A DNA stretch of 58,903 bases, filler included, from 8 parts of 8 records of this genome joined end to end with filler, not necessarily neighbours in it; one strand, 5' to 3'. Positions 48,939 to 58,903 are shown, numbered from the whole stretch's first letter. The notes: generated from the letters alone by a model not told the origin. A program made the numbers and translations.

Positions 48939-50662
48939 ATGATTCAGTGGAGGAAAGGTATTTGGTTTCAACCACTTGCCGTAACTGTATTAGTAGCGTT
49001 TTTTATGTTCTATGGAATCGATATCATTGCTTATGGTACAATTGCCAAAGCGCAAGCAGAGAGTATCGATGATCTTCTGGACGAGGATGATTCAGATCTT
49101 TTAGGCGATTCGCCTCCTCCGGCACCAAAGGCAAAACCAAAGCCTCCGAAGAAAAGCCGGAACCCAAAAAAGAAAAACCCAAGCCAAAACCAAAGCCCAA
49201 GCCTGCTCCTGTAGATGATGACGACGACGATGAAGACGAAGAGGACGAAGAAGAGGCTGACGACGAAGAGGATGAGGCTGAAGACGAAGAAGATGACGAA
49301 TTCCTCGATGACGAAGACGAAGAGGACGATGAAGACCTCGACGATGAAGACGAAGAGGACGATGAAGATCTCGACGATGAAGACGAAGAGGAAGAAGTAA
49401 AAAAACCAGTCAAAAAAGTTCGATATCCTGTTGAAAAAACAGTTGCTGGTCCTAAATTTGATGGTGATACAAACGTTTCAGCTTTGGTTTTTGAAAAAGA
49501 TTCCAAAAATGCTCGTCGTACCTTAGAAGTATCTGATATTACCGAATTGTATTTCCGCAGTTCTGATAAATTTGCTTATGTACCTCTTGCAAAGGCACTG
49601 AAGGATCCTTCTGCGCTTAAAGAAGATGCTAAGGTTGTAAAGGCCAAAAGTGCATTTAAAGCTGGTCTAAAAGCATTCTCATCTGAGGATTACGAAACCG
49701 CGATTGAAAAATTCGAGGATTCATTAACAAGCTTCAATTATGTTTTGGAATACAACGAGTACGTTAAACAAGCTCAGGAAGCTTTAATGTACATGGCAGT
49801 TGCCAATTTCATGGAAGAGGAAGAGGATACAGCCGAAGAGTTGTTCTTCAAACTCCTGAAATGGAATCCTGATGCTAAATTGAAAGATGATTTCTCAAAG
49901 GAGGTTGTAGAAGTATTTGATACCGTAAAAGAAGAGATGGAAGACTTTGAAGTTTCTTCAATTAGCGTCAAATCAACTCCTTCCGGTTTGCCTATCTATC
50001 TAAACGGTGAGTTCAGAGGATTGACTCCTACATCAATAAAGGGGTTGGCTGTTGGTTCTCATTTCCTGAAGGTAAAAGCTTCCGGATATTCCGATTATAC
50101 TTCGCAGGTAACTTTGTATGAAGGTGTCAGCAAAAAACTAAACGTAAAACCTAAGCAAACAAGTGGTTACTTCAACTACAAGGCAGAAGCTGATAAAATC
50201 AAGAGCAAATTCGATCATGAAGGACAGTGGAAAGCAGTTCAGAGCCTTTCTGATGTTCTTGAAAAAGATTACCTGTACTTCTGCACTGTCTCTGAAGAGG
50301 GTGGCGAAGTTGAACTTTCCGCTTTCTATTATGATATGGAAGAAGAGCAGTACAAGGAATATTCAGCTCCTCTCGATATGAGCAACAATCTTCAACTTGC
50401 CGTTTTCGCTTTCATGGACGAAATGTTCTCGAAAAATGTTGAGTGGAACGATACTTACATCGCTCCCAAAAAAGTCGAAAAAGAAGATGAAGATGACGGC
50501 GAAGCTTTCTACACAACATGGTGGTTCTGGACTATTATCGGTGTTGTGGTAGCAGGTGGAGTTGCTGCTGGTGTCGCTATTCCATTAACAATGAGTGATG
50601 ATGGCGGTAGCGATGGTGGTAAAGAATTTGATAATCCCAATAAAGTTCTTATCAAGTTCTAA
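48939..50662 (+). CDS. Secreted, membrane-anchored PEGA-domain protein with Pro/Lys and Asp/Glu low-complexity tracts and TPR-like helices; frameshift near 49150
   Basis: Signal peptide ending AQA. The acidic tract is in frame with the 49484 ORF. PEGA motif 'VKSTPSGLPIYLNG..RGLTP...G.H.L' and C-terminal anchor 'FYTTWWFWTIIGVVVAG'. Confidence 0.78.
49304..49396 (+). repeat. 33-bp coding tandem repeat, about 3 units (LDDEDEEDDED)
   Basis: Units start at 49304, 49337 and 49370. Confidence 0.85.
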
Positions 50663-50686
50663 TGAAGTAAAATGGTTAAGTATATT

Positions 50687-50717
50687 ACGGTCGGGTTTTT
50701 GCCCGACCGTTTCTTTT
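50687..50717 (+). terminator. Intrinsic terminator
   Basis: ACGGTCGGG-TTTTTG-CCCGACCGT followed by TTCTTTT. Confidence 0.8.
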
Positions 50718-50814
50718 GTTGTAAATGGTTCTTACTGTTGACATAAATCTATGAGTTTGAGATACTAACGCCACTTATTATTGATGTTCTAGCTATTGCA
50801 GGTAATTGTTATGT

Positions 50815-50914
50815 NNNNNNNNNNNNNNNNNNNNNNNNNNNNNNNNNNNNNNNNNNNNTTAATTAATTAANNNNNNNNNNNNNNNNNNNNNNNNNNNNNN
50901 NNNNNNNNNNNNNN
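50815..50914. other. Artificial contig spacer
   Basis: N-run + TTAATTAATTAA + N-run. Confidence 0.99.
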
Positions 50915-50949
50915 AAAGAATGAAAATTCATGTTCGTTTCATAGCTTGT

Positions 50950-52359
50950 TTATTTATCCAAAGAATTTGGTCCTACAAAAGTAGAACTTAGTTCTTCAAT
51001 GGCTTCTCCATCAGCATAAATGCCAATATTAATGTGCGTATTTGAGCTTTTCAGAAGATCTTTATTCAATATGATTAACAAATTTCTTTTAGCAACTTCA
51101 CCAACATTTACATTTAATTCATCACCTAATATTTTTATTTCTCCTTCGTGAGAAAGTAATTTTAATTGAAGTGAGATTACTTCGTTTGTTTTATTAATCA
51201 TCTGCAGGTTATATAAGTTGCTATATGCCTCAGTTCCGTATTCTTGAAACATAGTTCCTTGTGTGCGAATGATTGTTGTTTCTACATCGCCCCGGTTGAT
51301 GAATGACACTGTAACTACTCCAATGAGCAAAAACAAAACAATGGAGTAGGCAATTGCCCTTGCATTTAGGAGCTTTTTCTTTGGATTGGATATTGAGCGT
51401 TCGGAGGCGTAACGAATTAGGCCTTTGGGTTTTCTTATGGCATTCATTACTGAATTGCAAGAATCAATGCAAGCGGTACAATTTATACATTCTAATTGTG
51501 TTCCGTTTCGAATGTCAATTCCAGTCGGACAAACATCAACACACTTATGACAATCAATACAATCTCCTTTGTCTTCATTCTTACCTCTTCCTCTTGGTTC
51601 GCCACGAATATAATCATACGCAACTACAATTGAATTTGTATCGAGCATTACGCCTTGTAGCCTTCCGTATGGACAAACAAGAGAGCACACTTGTTCCCGA
51701 AATGAAGCAAAGATGAAGTAGTGAATGCCAGTAAATGCAAGCACACCGAGCAATGTAGAGAATTTACTCCCTGGCCAACCATTCATGATTGATTGTACTT
51801 CGGGATAGCCTTTAATATATGCAAAAAAAGTAATGATAGTCCAAAACGAAACTGTGAAAAACAGCGAATGTTTGATAATTCGTTTAATCAATTTTACACC
51901 ATTCATTTCTTGTTGATCAAGCTCTCTTTGTTTTTTGCGGTCGCCATCAATAATATATTCAATTGGACGATAAATAAATTCCATAAATACTGTTTGTGGA
52001 CAAACCCAACCACAAAAAATACGACCGTAAACAACAGTAAATAGAATAATAAATACCAATAACGTAATAAATGAAAGCACTAGAAGATGAAAGTCTTGAG
52101 GGTAAAATGTGCTGCCAAAGAAGCTAAATTCACGTTCAGTAAAATTAAGTAAAATTAGAGCTTGCCCATTTAACTTGAGGTGAGGAGCCAAATAAAAAAA
52201 TAGAAGTAATGAATATGCTACAATTCTTCGGAAGGTATATAGTTTCCCTTTGGGCATTTTAGGAAAAATCCAAATGCGCTTTCCTTCTTTGTCAACAGTC
52301 GCTATTCTATCACGAAAAGTTGCCTTCTGGTAGTCCGTAGTTTTTTCTTCAGCTTCCAT
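50950..52359 (-). CDS. ccoG: cbb3 oxidase accessory 4Fe-4S membrane protein (FixG)
   Basis: 'GRIFCGWVCPQTVF', 'REQVC..VCPYGRLQ' and 'CIDCHKCVDVCPTGIDIR.G.QLECINCTACIDSC'. The start is taken at ATG 52359. Confidence 0.93.
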   Translation of the reverse strand: MEAEEKTTDYQKATFRDRIATVDKEGKRIWIFPKMPKGKLYTFRRIVAYSLLLFFYLAPHLKLNGQALILLNFTEREFSFFGSTFYPQDFHLLVLSFITLLVFIILFTVVYGRIFCGWVCPQTVFMEFIYRPIEYIIDGDRKKQRELDQQEMNGVKLIKRIIKHSLFFTVSFWTIITFFAYIKGYPEVQSIMNGWPGSKFSTLLGVLAFTGIHYFIFASFREQVCSLVCPYGRLQGVMLDTNSIVVAYDYIRGEPRGRGKNEDKGDCIDCHKCVDVCPTGIDIRNGTQLECINCTACIDSCNSVMNAIRKPKGLIRYASERSISNPKKKLLNARAIAYSIVLFLLIGVVTVSFINRGDVETTIIRTQGTMFQEYGTEAYSNLYNLQMINKTNEVISLQLKLLSHEGEIKILGDELNVNVGEVAKRNLLIILNKDLLKSSNTHINIGIYADGEAIEELSSTFVGPNSLDK

Positions 52360-52384
52360 TTTTGGTTTTTTCAGGTAGTAACTT

Positions 52385-53041
52385 CTAGCTTGCAGCCTCT
52401 CCAACTACTTCCTTTTCCTTTGGTACATACTTCTCACCTTCAGCTGCCTTTTGGTTCGGAGGATTAGTTCCTTGAAGGCTAATTATATAAGTGATTACAT
52501 CCTGAATTTGATTTTCGCTCAATTGGTTTTTATATGAAATCATTCCCTTTTCAATAATTCCATTAATGATTACCTGATATTGATCTTCTCTTGAACCACC
52601 ATGGATCCAAAATTCATCTGTAAAATTTGGACCAACCAAACCTTCGCCAAATTTTCCATGACAAACGGAACATATTTTTGTATAAGTTTGCTGTCCACTG
52701 GCAAGAATATCAGCTTCAGTTCGAACAACAACAACTGCTTCTTCTCCATCTTTTCCCTCTTCAGGAGCTTCTTCTAATTCAGCTCTGGCCTCTGCCATTT
52801 CATTTTGGTATTCCAAGTCCTGAATAATACTGTCGTCTTTAAATACAAAAAGCAAAATAAGGTAAGCCGCAGAAAACACGATACTTGCATAAAATAAGTA
52901 TTTTAGCCAAGGTGGAAGTGGGTTTTCCAGTTCCCTAATTCCATCAAATTCATGACCACCAATTAGTTTAACATTGGTAACCTCATCAATTTCAACTTCG
53001 GCTTGGTTTTTATCGTTTTGTTTTTCTTCTAGTGTACTCAT
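52385..53041 (-). CDS. ccoP: cbb3-type cytochrome c oxidase subunit III (single heme)
   Basis: 'HEFDGIRELENPLPPW', 'CSVCH' and 'GPNFTDEFWIHGG'. Confidence 0.92.
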   Translation of the reverse strand: MSTLEEKQNDKNQAEVEIDEVTNVKLIGGHEFDGIRELENPLPPWLKYLFYASIVFSAAYLILLFVFKDDSIIQDLEYQNEMAEARAELEEAPEEGKDGEEAVVVVRTEADILASGQQTYTKICSVCHGKFGEGLVGPNFTDEFWIHGGSREDQYQVIINGIIEKGMISYKNQLSENQIQDVITYIISLQGTNPPNQKAAEGEKYVPKEKEVVGEAAS

Positions 53042-53060
53042 GTTTATTCAATTTGCTTGG

Positions 53061-53240
53061 CTAGTCCAATTGGTTTTTAAACTCGTCTTCAAGAGGAATT
53101 TGTTTGTATTTTTCAACTTCATCCTTTTTCATTTTTAAGGCATGAATCGTAACCATAATGAAAAAGACAAAGAAGATGAGAAATCCCACAATGGCGTAAA
53201 TCTCAACACCAGTAATATTTTGTAAATGCTCTTTAATCAT
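53061..53240 (-). CDS. ccoQ: cbb3-type cytochrome c oxidase subunit IV (59 aa; absent from the ORF track)
   Basis: MIKEHLQNITGVEIYAIVGFLIFFVFFIMVTIHALKMKKDEVEKYKQIPLEDEFKNQLD*, located between ccoNO and ccoP. Confidence 0.85.
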   Translation of the reverse strand: MIKEHLQNITGVEIYAIVGFLIFFVFFIMVTIHALKMKKDEVEKYKQIPLEDEFKNQLD

Positions 53241-55386
53241 GATGTTCTGGTTCTTCTGCAGGTTTCATAATATCTGTTCCTAAACGTTGCATGTATGCAA
53301 TTAGGGCAATAATTTCTTTGGTACTTTCAGTTTCAATTCCAGCTTCCCTTAGATTTTCCGCAATCTCATCAGCTTGCTTTTTAAGATCTTCATTTGCTTT
53401 GTGCTCATAATTTTCGGGGTAGGGTACTCCCAGTTTAATCATTGCACGGATTCGAGGTGCTGTAGATTTTAGATCGATATCTTTTTTTGCCAACCATGGA
53501 TAAGGTGGCATAATTGATCCCTCGTTCATTTTTTGAGGGTCAATGAAGTGGTTGTAATGCCAAGCATTTGGTTTGTATAGTGGCCCGGTTTTCACACCTT
53601 CACGGGCAAGGTCAGGTCCTGTTCGTTTAGAACCAAATTGGAAGGGATGATCGTAAACAAATTCGCCTGCTTTTGAATATTCTCCATAGCGCTCGGTTTC
53701 TGAACGGAAAGGACGGATCATTTGAGAATGACAATTGTAACAACCTTCCTTTACATAAATGTCGCGTCCATGTAATTCAAGAGGCGTATAAGGTTTTACG
53801 CTGGAAATTGTAGGGATATTTGTTTTGATTAAATAGGTTGGTACAATTTCAATAATTCCACCAATAAGAATAGCAATAGTAGCCCATACTAAGAAACGGA
53901 TTGGTTTACGTTCGAGGAAACTGTGCCAACTTTCTGAACTTGTCTTTTCAATAGGTTGAGGTTTCAGTGCCGGGGCTTCTACTTCCTCTTCTGCTACGAA
54001 GCTACCAGACTTAACTGTTTTAATTACATTGAAAATCAGAAGTAACATTCCAATTACATATAATCCTCCACCAAATGCACGGATTGCATACATAGGGATT
54101 AATTGGTTAACTGTTTCCAGAAAGTTTGGATACATCAAGAAGCCTTCAGGTGTAAACTGTTTCCACATTAATGCCTGTGTTATTCCTCCAATGTATAGTG
54201 GTACTGCATAAAAAATGATTGCAAGCGTGGAAATCCAAAAATGAGCATTTGCCAACTTTATAGAATAGAGCTTGGTGTTGTACATTCTTGGAATTAACCA
54301 ATAAACCATACCAAAAGTTAGTAAGCCATTCCAGCCTAAAGCACCAATGTGTGCATGTCCAACTGTCCAATCGGTAAAGTGACTGATTGCATTTACTGTT
54401 TTAAATGAAAGCAGAGGACCCTCGAAAGTAGACATCCCATAGGCAGTTAAACCAACTACGAACATTTTAAGGATCGGATCCTTCCTGACTTTGTCCCAGG
54501 CGCCACGCAGTGTCAGTAATCCATTGATCATTCCACCCCAGCTTGGAGCGAGGAGCATAACCGAGAAAGTTGTGCCCAGAGCCTGAAGCCAGTCTGGCAA
54601 TGAGTTATACAGCAGGTGATGAGGCCCTGCCCATATGTATATGAAAATTAGAGACCAAAAGTGAACGATTGAAAGCTTATATGAATATACAGGGCGGTTA
54701 GCTGCTTTTGGTACAAAGTAGTACATCAGACCAAGGAACGGGGTAGTCAGGAAAAATGCCACCGCATTATGTCCATACCACCACTGAACCAATGCATCCT
54801 GAATCCCGGCATAAACCGGATAACTTTTTAAAGCACTAAACGGGAGCTCAATGGAATTAACAATGTGAAGTACAGCAACTGTTACCCATGTTGCAATATA
54901 GAACCAAATTGCCACATAAATATGCGTGGTGCGCCTTTGCAAAATAGTGCCAAACATATTTATACCGAACACAACCCATATAAGTGTAATGGCAATATCA
55001 ATTGGCCATTCAAGCTCAGCATATTCTTTGCCCGAAGTAAACCCAGCTAACAAGGTTACAGCAGCGGAGATAATGATTAATTGCCATCCCCAGAAATGTA
55101 TTTTCCCAAGCAAATCACTAAACATGCGTGTTTTAAGTAGACGTTGCATTGAGTAGTAAACCGCTGTGAATATTGCGTTTCCAACAAAAGCAAAAATAAC
55201 TGCGTTGGTATGTACTGGGCGGGTTCTTCCAAATGTGGTGAACTCAAGATTAAAATTCATTGCTGGAATAAAAATCTGTAAAGCGATTAGCAAGCCAACA
55301 AGTAACCCTACAACTCCCCATACCATTGTTGCAACAGCAAAATTTCGAGTAATTTTGTTGTCGTAGGTAAACTTCTGTAATTCCAT
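53233..55386 (-). CDS. ccoN: Fused cbb3-type cytochrome c oxidase subunits I/II (CcoNO)
   Basis: 'RPVHTN', 'QWWYGHNAV', 'GPHHL' and 'GHAHIGALGW'; CcoO part has 'EGCYNCHSQMIRP' and 'GSKRTGPDLAR'. Confidence 0.96.
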   Translation of the reverse strand: MELQKFTYDNKITRNFAVATMVWGVVGLLVGLLIALQIFIPAMNFNLEFTTFGRTRPVHTNAVIFAFVGNAIFTAVYYSMQRLLKTRMFSDLLGKIHFWGWQLIIISAAVTLLAGFTSGKEYAELEWPIDIAITLIWVVFGINMFGTILQRRTTHIYVAIWFYIATWVTVAVLHIVNSIELPFSALKSYPVYAGIQDALVQWWYGHNAVAFFLTTPFLGLMYYFVPKAANRPVYSYKLSIVHFWSLIFIYIWAGPHHLLYNSLPDWLQALGTTFSVMLLAPSWGGMINGLLTLRGAWDKVRKDPILKMFVVGLTAYGMSTFEGPLLSFKTVNAISHFTDWTVGHAHIGALGWNGLLTFGMVYWLIPRMYNTKLYSIKLANAHFWISTLAIIFYAVPLYIGGITQALMWKQFTPEGFLMYPNFLETVNQLIPMYAIRAFGGGLYVIGMLLLIFNVIKTVKSGSFVAEEEVEAPALKPQPIEKTSSESWHSFLERKPIRFLVWATIAILIGGIIEIVPTYLIKTNIPTISSVKPYTPLELHGRDIYVKEGCYNCHSQMIRPFRSETERYGEYSKAGEFVYDHPFQFGSKRTGPDLAREGVKTGPLYKPNAWHYNHFIDPQKMNEGSIMPPYPWLAKKDIDLKSTAPRIRAMIKLGVPYPENYEHKANEDLKKQADEIAENLREAGIETESTKEIIALIAYMQRLGTDIMKPAEEPEHHD

Positions 55387-55389
55387 ATA

Positions 55390-55599
55390 TTAAAATTTAT
55401 TTGATTTTTCTTCAAGCGTCATATCAATCGTTTCTTCTTTATCTTTTTCAGATGAAGATATATTATCGTCGAATAAAATACGTACGGAAGGAGTGTAAGA
55501 ATCATCAAACTGACCCGTTCTAACAGCCCATATAAAGGCAATAAGAAAAACGGATGCTACCAATATCCCAATAATAATAAGTAGAAATACTACTGACAT
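55390..55599 (-). CDS. ccoS: cbb3 oxidase maturation protein (FixS)
   Basis: TM helix followed by 'FIWAVRTGQFDD..TPSVRILFDD'. Confidence 0.92.
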   Translation of the reverse strand: MSVVFLLIIIGILVASVFLIAFIWAVRTGQFDDSYTPSVRILFDDNISSSEKDKEETIDMTLEEKSNKF

Positions 55600-55740
55600 A
55601 ATTGTAGTTTAAGTTTAATGGTCATTGAAAATGGTTTTTTTGTGTGAAAACATCACACCATAAATCAATTTGAAACAACAAGATTCACCAAACTTTGTTT
55701 TACAATTTAGTTATTTTTTTTAAAGTTTTTCAGACTTCAA

Positions 55741-58140
55741 TTAAAGCTTTGACCTTTTTGCCATGAAATTTACTGAGAATGTAGCAAATGCTACAACTGT
55801 AACTGAACTAAGAGGCATTAATATAGCAGCAATGATTGGAGATAGGCTTCCTTGAACAGCAAAATAAATACCAACAAAATTGTACAAGAATGAAAGCAAA
55901 AAACCTAACCAAACAATACGAATGCTGGTTTTACTGAATTTAATAAACCGATGTAATGATGCAAATTTATCAGATTGAAGAATGGCGTCGCAAGCAGGTG
56001 TGAAATTGTAAATGTTATCAGCGATAACCATTCCCACTTTACTTTCATTTAAGGCTCCGGCATCATTTAATCCATCACCAATCATTAATGAAGCATCTCC
56101 TTTTTGTTGCAGTGTTTTAATGTATTTTAATTTGTCGGTTGGTGATTGGTTGAAGTTTAGTTGAGCCTGATTTTTAAATAAGGGAGTCAGGTTCTCCCTT
56201 TCCGATTCATTGTCGCCACTTATTAAATGTAAGTCATAATTGGGTTGAAGTTTGGCAATGGTTTTTTCAAGCCCTTGGCGATAATTATTTTCAAATTGGA
56301 AGTACCCAAGTACCTTTTTATTCATATAAATCCAAACCTGGGTTTTCAAATTTTCGGTTGAATGATTTTCTCCAGTAACAAAATACTTCGAGCCAATATT
56401 AATTGTTTCCCCATCAACTATTGCCGAAATACCGAGCGATGGAATTTCCTTAAAGTCATAAATTCCAATTAGATCTTTTTCTTTTATAGATTGAAAAATA
56501 ATTTTGCTTAGCGGATGGGTTGATTGAAAAACCAGAGATTTAATTATTTTAAGTTGAAGCGGATTTAGCTGTTCTCCAATAAACTCTGTTTTAGAAGATT
56601 GAGCATGAGTGATGGTGCCTGTTTTATCAAAAACAATAGATTTTATTTTTGAAAGTCGTTCAATTACATCTGAGTTTTTAAGGTATAACCCCTTTCGTCC
56701 AAATTGTCGTAAGGTGCTGCCAAATGTAAAAGGAATAGTGAGGGCTAATGCACAAGGACAGGCAATGATTAATACTGATGTAAATGCGAAAACTGCTTTC
56801 TCTATATCTTTAAAATACAAAAAAGTGCCTGCAATCGCAGCTATAGAAATAATAATAATTGTAAAATACTGACTGACTTTGTTGATTAGCAAAGACATTG
56901 CAGGAGTATCTTTCTCCGATTGATTGTCCTGATTCCAAAGTTGTGTCAAATAACTTTGTTCAACCTCTTTTTGAACCAGTAATTCAATAGCAGTGCCAGT
57001 TTGTCGTCCTCCTGCAAAAATAAAATCGCCTTCATTTTTCGAAACAGGCATCGATTCACCTGTTACAAAGCTATAATCAATATTGGCTTGCCCTTTCATA
57101 ATGGTGGAATCAGCAGGAATTAACTCTTGGTTTCTAACAAGAATTCGATCTCCTGATTTCAGCTTATCAAGAGGAATGGTTTCATTTTCAGTACCGTGAA
57201 TTTTTGTTACTGCTACCGGAAAATAGGATTTGTAATTCCGCTCAAAGGTAAGTGCAGCATATGTTTTACTCTGATACCATTTCCCAATTAATAGAAAGAA
57301 TACCAATCCGGTAAGCGAATCAAAATAACCTATTCCATGACCACCAATAATCTCAATGGTGCTTTGTACGAAAAGAGTTATTAAGCCCAGGGAGATAGGC
57401 AAGTCTATGCTAATAATTTTTTTCAGAAGGCTTTTGTATGCAGCTGAAAAATAGTCGTTCGCACAGTAAATAAGCACAGGTAAACTTAAAGCAAAACTTA
57501 ACCAGGCAAAAACAAGCCTAAAGTCAGTTTCCAGATTTTCACTTCCTGGCAGATATTGTGGAAAGTGATAGAGCATAGCATTCATAAAACTGAATCCTGC
57601 AATTCCAATTTTTATTAATAAACTATGAGATGATTTAGCCTTGTTCGGTTTTTCCAGACTTTGCTGATTAATTTCTGGGACATAATGGATTGAAGCAAGT
57701 AATTCTACTAATCTTCGCAAAGTAATTTCAGAATCGTTAAAGGTGATACTAACTTCCTTCTTAGGGAAATTTACTGATGACTGAATAATTCCACTGTTTA
57801 AGGTGTGAAGATTTTCAAGTAGCCAAATGCAAGATGCACAATGTATGCCAGGGATAAAAAATCGAACTTTAGAAATTCCGGAATCAGAAAAATCCAGTAA
57901 GCGTTCTTTTATTTCATCCAATTCAAGAAAAGAATACTTCTCATCACTTGCAATTTGTTCAGTATTAACTCTGATTCCTGGAGAGTTCTCAAGCTCATAA
58001 TACTTTTCCATTTGGTTTTCATTCAATAACTGATAAACGGTTTGGCAGCCATGACAACAAAATGGTTTTTCATTCCAGATAATTGGTGCTGATCCGCAGT
58101 CGTCACCACAATGAATACAAGTGTGATTATCTTTTTCCAA
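55741..58140 (-). CDS. ccoI: P1B-type heavy-metal (Cu) ATPase (FixI)
   Basis: 'CIHC...CCHGC', 'HCASC', 'TGES', 'CPCAL', 'DKTGT' and 'GDGLND'. Confidence 0.92.
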   Translation of the reverse strand: MEKDNHTCIHCGDDCGSAPIIWNEKPFCCHGCQTVYQLLNENQMEKYYELENSPGIRVNTEQIASDEKYSFLELDEIKERLLDFSDSGISKVRFFIPGIHCASCIWLLENLHTLNSGIIQSSVNFPKKEVSITFNDSEITLRRLVELLASIHYVPEINQQSLEKPNKAKSSHSLLIKIGIAGFSFMNAMLYHFPQYLPGSENLETDFRLVFAWLSFALSLPVLIYCANDYFSAAYKSLLKKIISIDLPISLGLITLFVQSTIEIIGGHGIGYFDSLTGLVFFLLIGKWYQSKTYAALTFERNYKSYFPVAVTKIHGTENETIPLDKLKSGDRILVRNQELIPADSTIMKGQANIDYSFVTGESMPVSKNEGDFIFAGGRQTGTAIELLVQKEVEQSYLTQLWNQDNQSEKDTPAMSLLINKVSQYFTIIIISIAAIAGTFLYFKDIEKAVFAFTSVLIIACPCALALTIPFTFGSTLRQFGRKGLYLKNSDVIERLSKIKSIVFDKTGTITHAQSSKTEFIGEQLNPLQLKIIKSLVFQSTHPLSKIIFQSIKEKDLIGIYDFKEIPSLGISAIVDGETINIGSKYFVTGENHSTENLKTQVWIYMNKKVLGYFQFENNYRQGLEKTIAKLQPNYDLHLISGDNESERENLTPLFKNQAQLNFNQSPTDKLKYIKTLQQKGDASLMIGDGLNDAGALNESKVGMVIADNIYNFTPACDAILQSDKFASLHRFIKFSKTSIRIVWLGFLLSFLYNFVGIYFAVQGSLSPIIAAILMPLSSVTVVAFATFSVNFMAKRSKL

Positions 58141-58429
58141 ACAGATTTTTTTATAGTAGTTTTTAGTTTTTCAGTTTAAACATATTTTAATGTTAAAGGT
58201 TGCAAAAAAATATTTCATTATAATAGAAGAGCATTTTTTTTAATGATAATTATTCTCTTTATTTCATTCTGAAAAATTCTAATTTTATTGAATTCAGGAA
58301 CTTGCATTTATGAGATAAAAAGGTGTGATTTTCGATTAATATTATATTATTAAAAAGGGTCAACAAAGCGAACATTAGCTTGTTTTTTATTTTGTTACTT
58401 TACACACAACTGAATTTACGAATTGTACA

Positions 58430-58657
58430 ATGAGGAAACGAAACTTTTTATCACGGGCCTGGGATTTGTATTACGATGGTTTTAGAAATATGAGCAGATG
58501 GGGGAAGCAGGTATGGATTGTTATTCTTGTGAAACTTTTTGTGATGTTTGTAATTTTAAAACTGTTCTTTTTTCCTAATTTTCTTAAAAGTAATTTTGAA
58601 ACTGATGAGCAAAGGGGCAATCATGTACTTGAAAATTTAACAGAACCAAAAAAATAA
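58430..58657 (+). CDS. DUF4492-like small membrane protein preceding cydA
   Basis: 'LYYDGFRNM..WGK..W..ILVKLFVMF.ILKLFFFPNFL'. Confidence 0.82.
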   Translation: MRKRNFLSRAWDLYYDGFRNMSRWGKQVWIVILVKLFVMFVILKLFFFPNFLKSNFETDEQRGNHVLENLTEPKK

Positions 58658-58663
58658 AAATCA

Positions 58664-58903
58664 ATGTTAGAATCAATCGACTTATCCTTAGTTAACTGGT
58701 CAAGGGCACAGTTTGCCCTTACGGCCATGTATCACTGGATATTTGTTCCGCTAACACTGGGGCTAACTGTAATTATTGCTATTATGGAAAGCCTGTATGT
58801 GAGAACGGGTAATCTGGAGTGGAAAAAAATTACCAAATTCTGGATGACTTTGTTTGGAATTAATTTTGCAATTGGAGTAGCTACCGGAATTATTCTTGAA
58901 TTT
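58664..58903 (+). CDS. cydA: Cytochrome bd ubiquinol oxidase subunit I, 3'-truncated (absent from the ORF track)
   Basis: [33 protein letters not shown]...[22 protein letters not shown]. Confidence 0.93.
   Translation, partial: MLESIDLSLVNWSRAQFALTAMYHWIFVPLTLGLTVIIAIMESLYVRTGNLEWKKITKFWMTLFGINFAIGVATGIILEF

Noticed and set aside
5689-49160. About 11 frameshifts (fucU, lacI, traK, traG, anSME, GH97, kinase x2, MXAN_5187 junction, lipoprotein, PEGA) as programmed frameshifting, phase variation or pseudogenes
   Set aside because: Each is repaired by one base, nearly always in a short homopolymer, and they occur across unrelated organisms. That pattern points to homopolymer sequencing error.
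49024-49506. Poly-Ser ORF on the minus strand and the Met/Thr/Lys-repeat ORF 49215-49400
   Set aside because: These are shadow frames of the GAY/GAR-rich acidic tract.
6478-50914. TTAATTAATTAA repeated seven times inside N-runs
   Set aside because: It is an artificial six-frame-stop linker within exact 100-bp spacers. Cross-contig gene neighbourhoods and X-containing ORF ends were ignored.
50915-50942. Possible start of fixH/ccoH downstream of ccoG
   Set aside because: Only 28 bp remain before the gap and the ATG at 50942 meets TGA after four codons, so it cannot be called.
53233-55386. CcoN-CcoO fusion and single-heme CcoP as novelties
   Set aside because: This is the usual cbb3 architecture in Bacteroidota.
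55643-55657. TGTGA-N5-TCACA upstream of ccoS as a CRP/FNR box
   Set aside because: The spacer is 5 rather than 6 bp and there is only one instance; insufficient support.
118-56872. Numerous 60-190 aa ORFs antisense to or nested within well-supported genes
   Set aside because: They are shadow ORFs with no independent motif or RBS support.

Overview
The window is a concatenation of 8 unrelated contigs joined by 100-bp artificial spacers (N-run + TTAATTAATTAA + N-run), so adjacency across spacers carries no biological meaning. C1 (1-6477) and C2 (6578-14280) are AT-rich, Firmicutes/Clostridia-like carbohydrate loci. C1 has an ABC binding protein, class II aldolase, FGGY kinase, Zn dehydrogenase, aldo/keto reductase and FucU; C2 has a LacI regulator with five candidate operators, two esterases and an ABC transporter. 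C3 (14381-22459) is a Bacteroidota-type conjugation (tra) cluster in a non-CTnDOT gene order. C4 (22560-27721) holds a secreted serpin and two other genes whose intergenic DNA is a mosaic of dispersed structured repeats. C5 (27822-34131) is housekeeping: argE-like, anSME radical SAM, argA, a hydrolase, dusA and a SWIM protein. C6 (34232-44232) has galK, a GH97, a PAS histidine kinase and the most interesting locus. There, a consensus sigma54 promoter and an intrinsic terminator bound a ~135-nt transcript (sRNA and/or a 12-aa micropeptide). It lies divergent from a putative operon encoding a secreted Pro-rich peptide, a polytopic membrane protein and a degenerate bEBP-like AAA+ regulator, a candidate peptide-signalling system. 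C7 (44333-50814) is Myxococcota/delta-proteobacteria-like (MXAN_5187-like, Ig-domain lipoprotein, PhaR-like, acidic PEGA protein). C8 (50915-58903) is Bacteroidota, with a cbb3 oxidase operon divergent from a cytochrome bd operon. About 11 single-base frameshifts, nearly all in homopolymers, are best explained as sequencing errors. All calls and taxonomy come from visual motif recognition; no database search was run.
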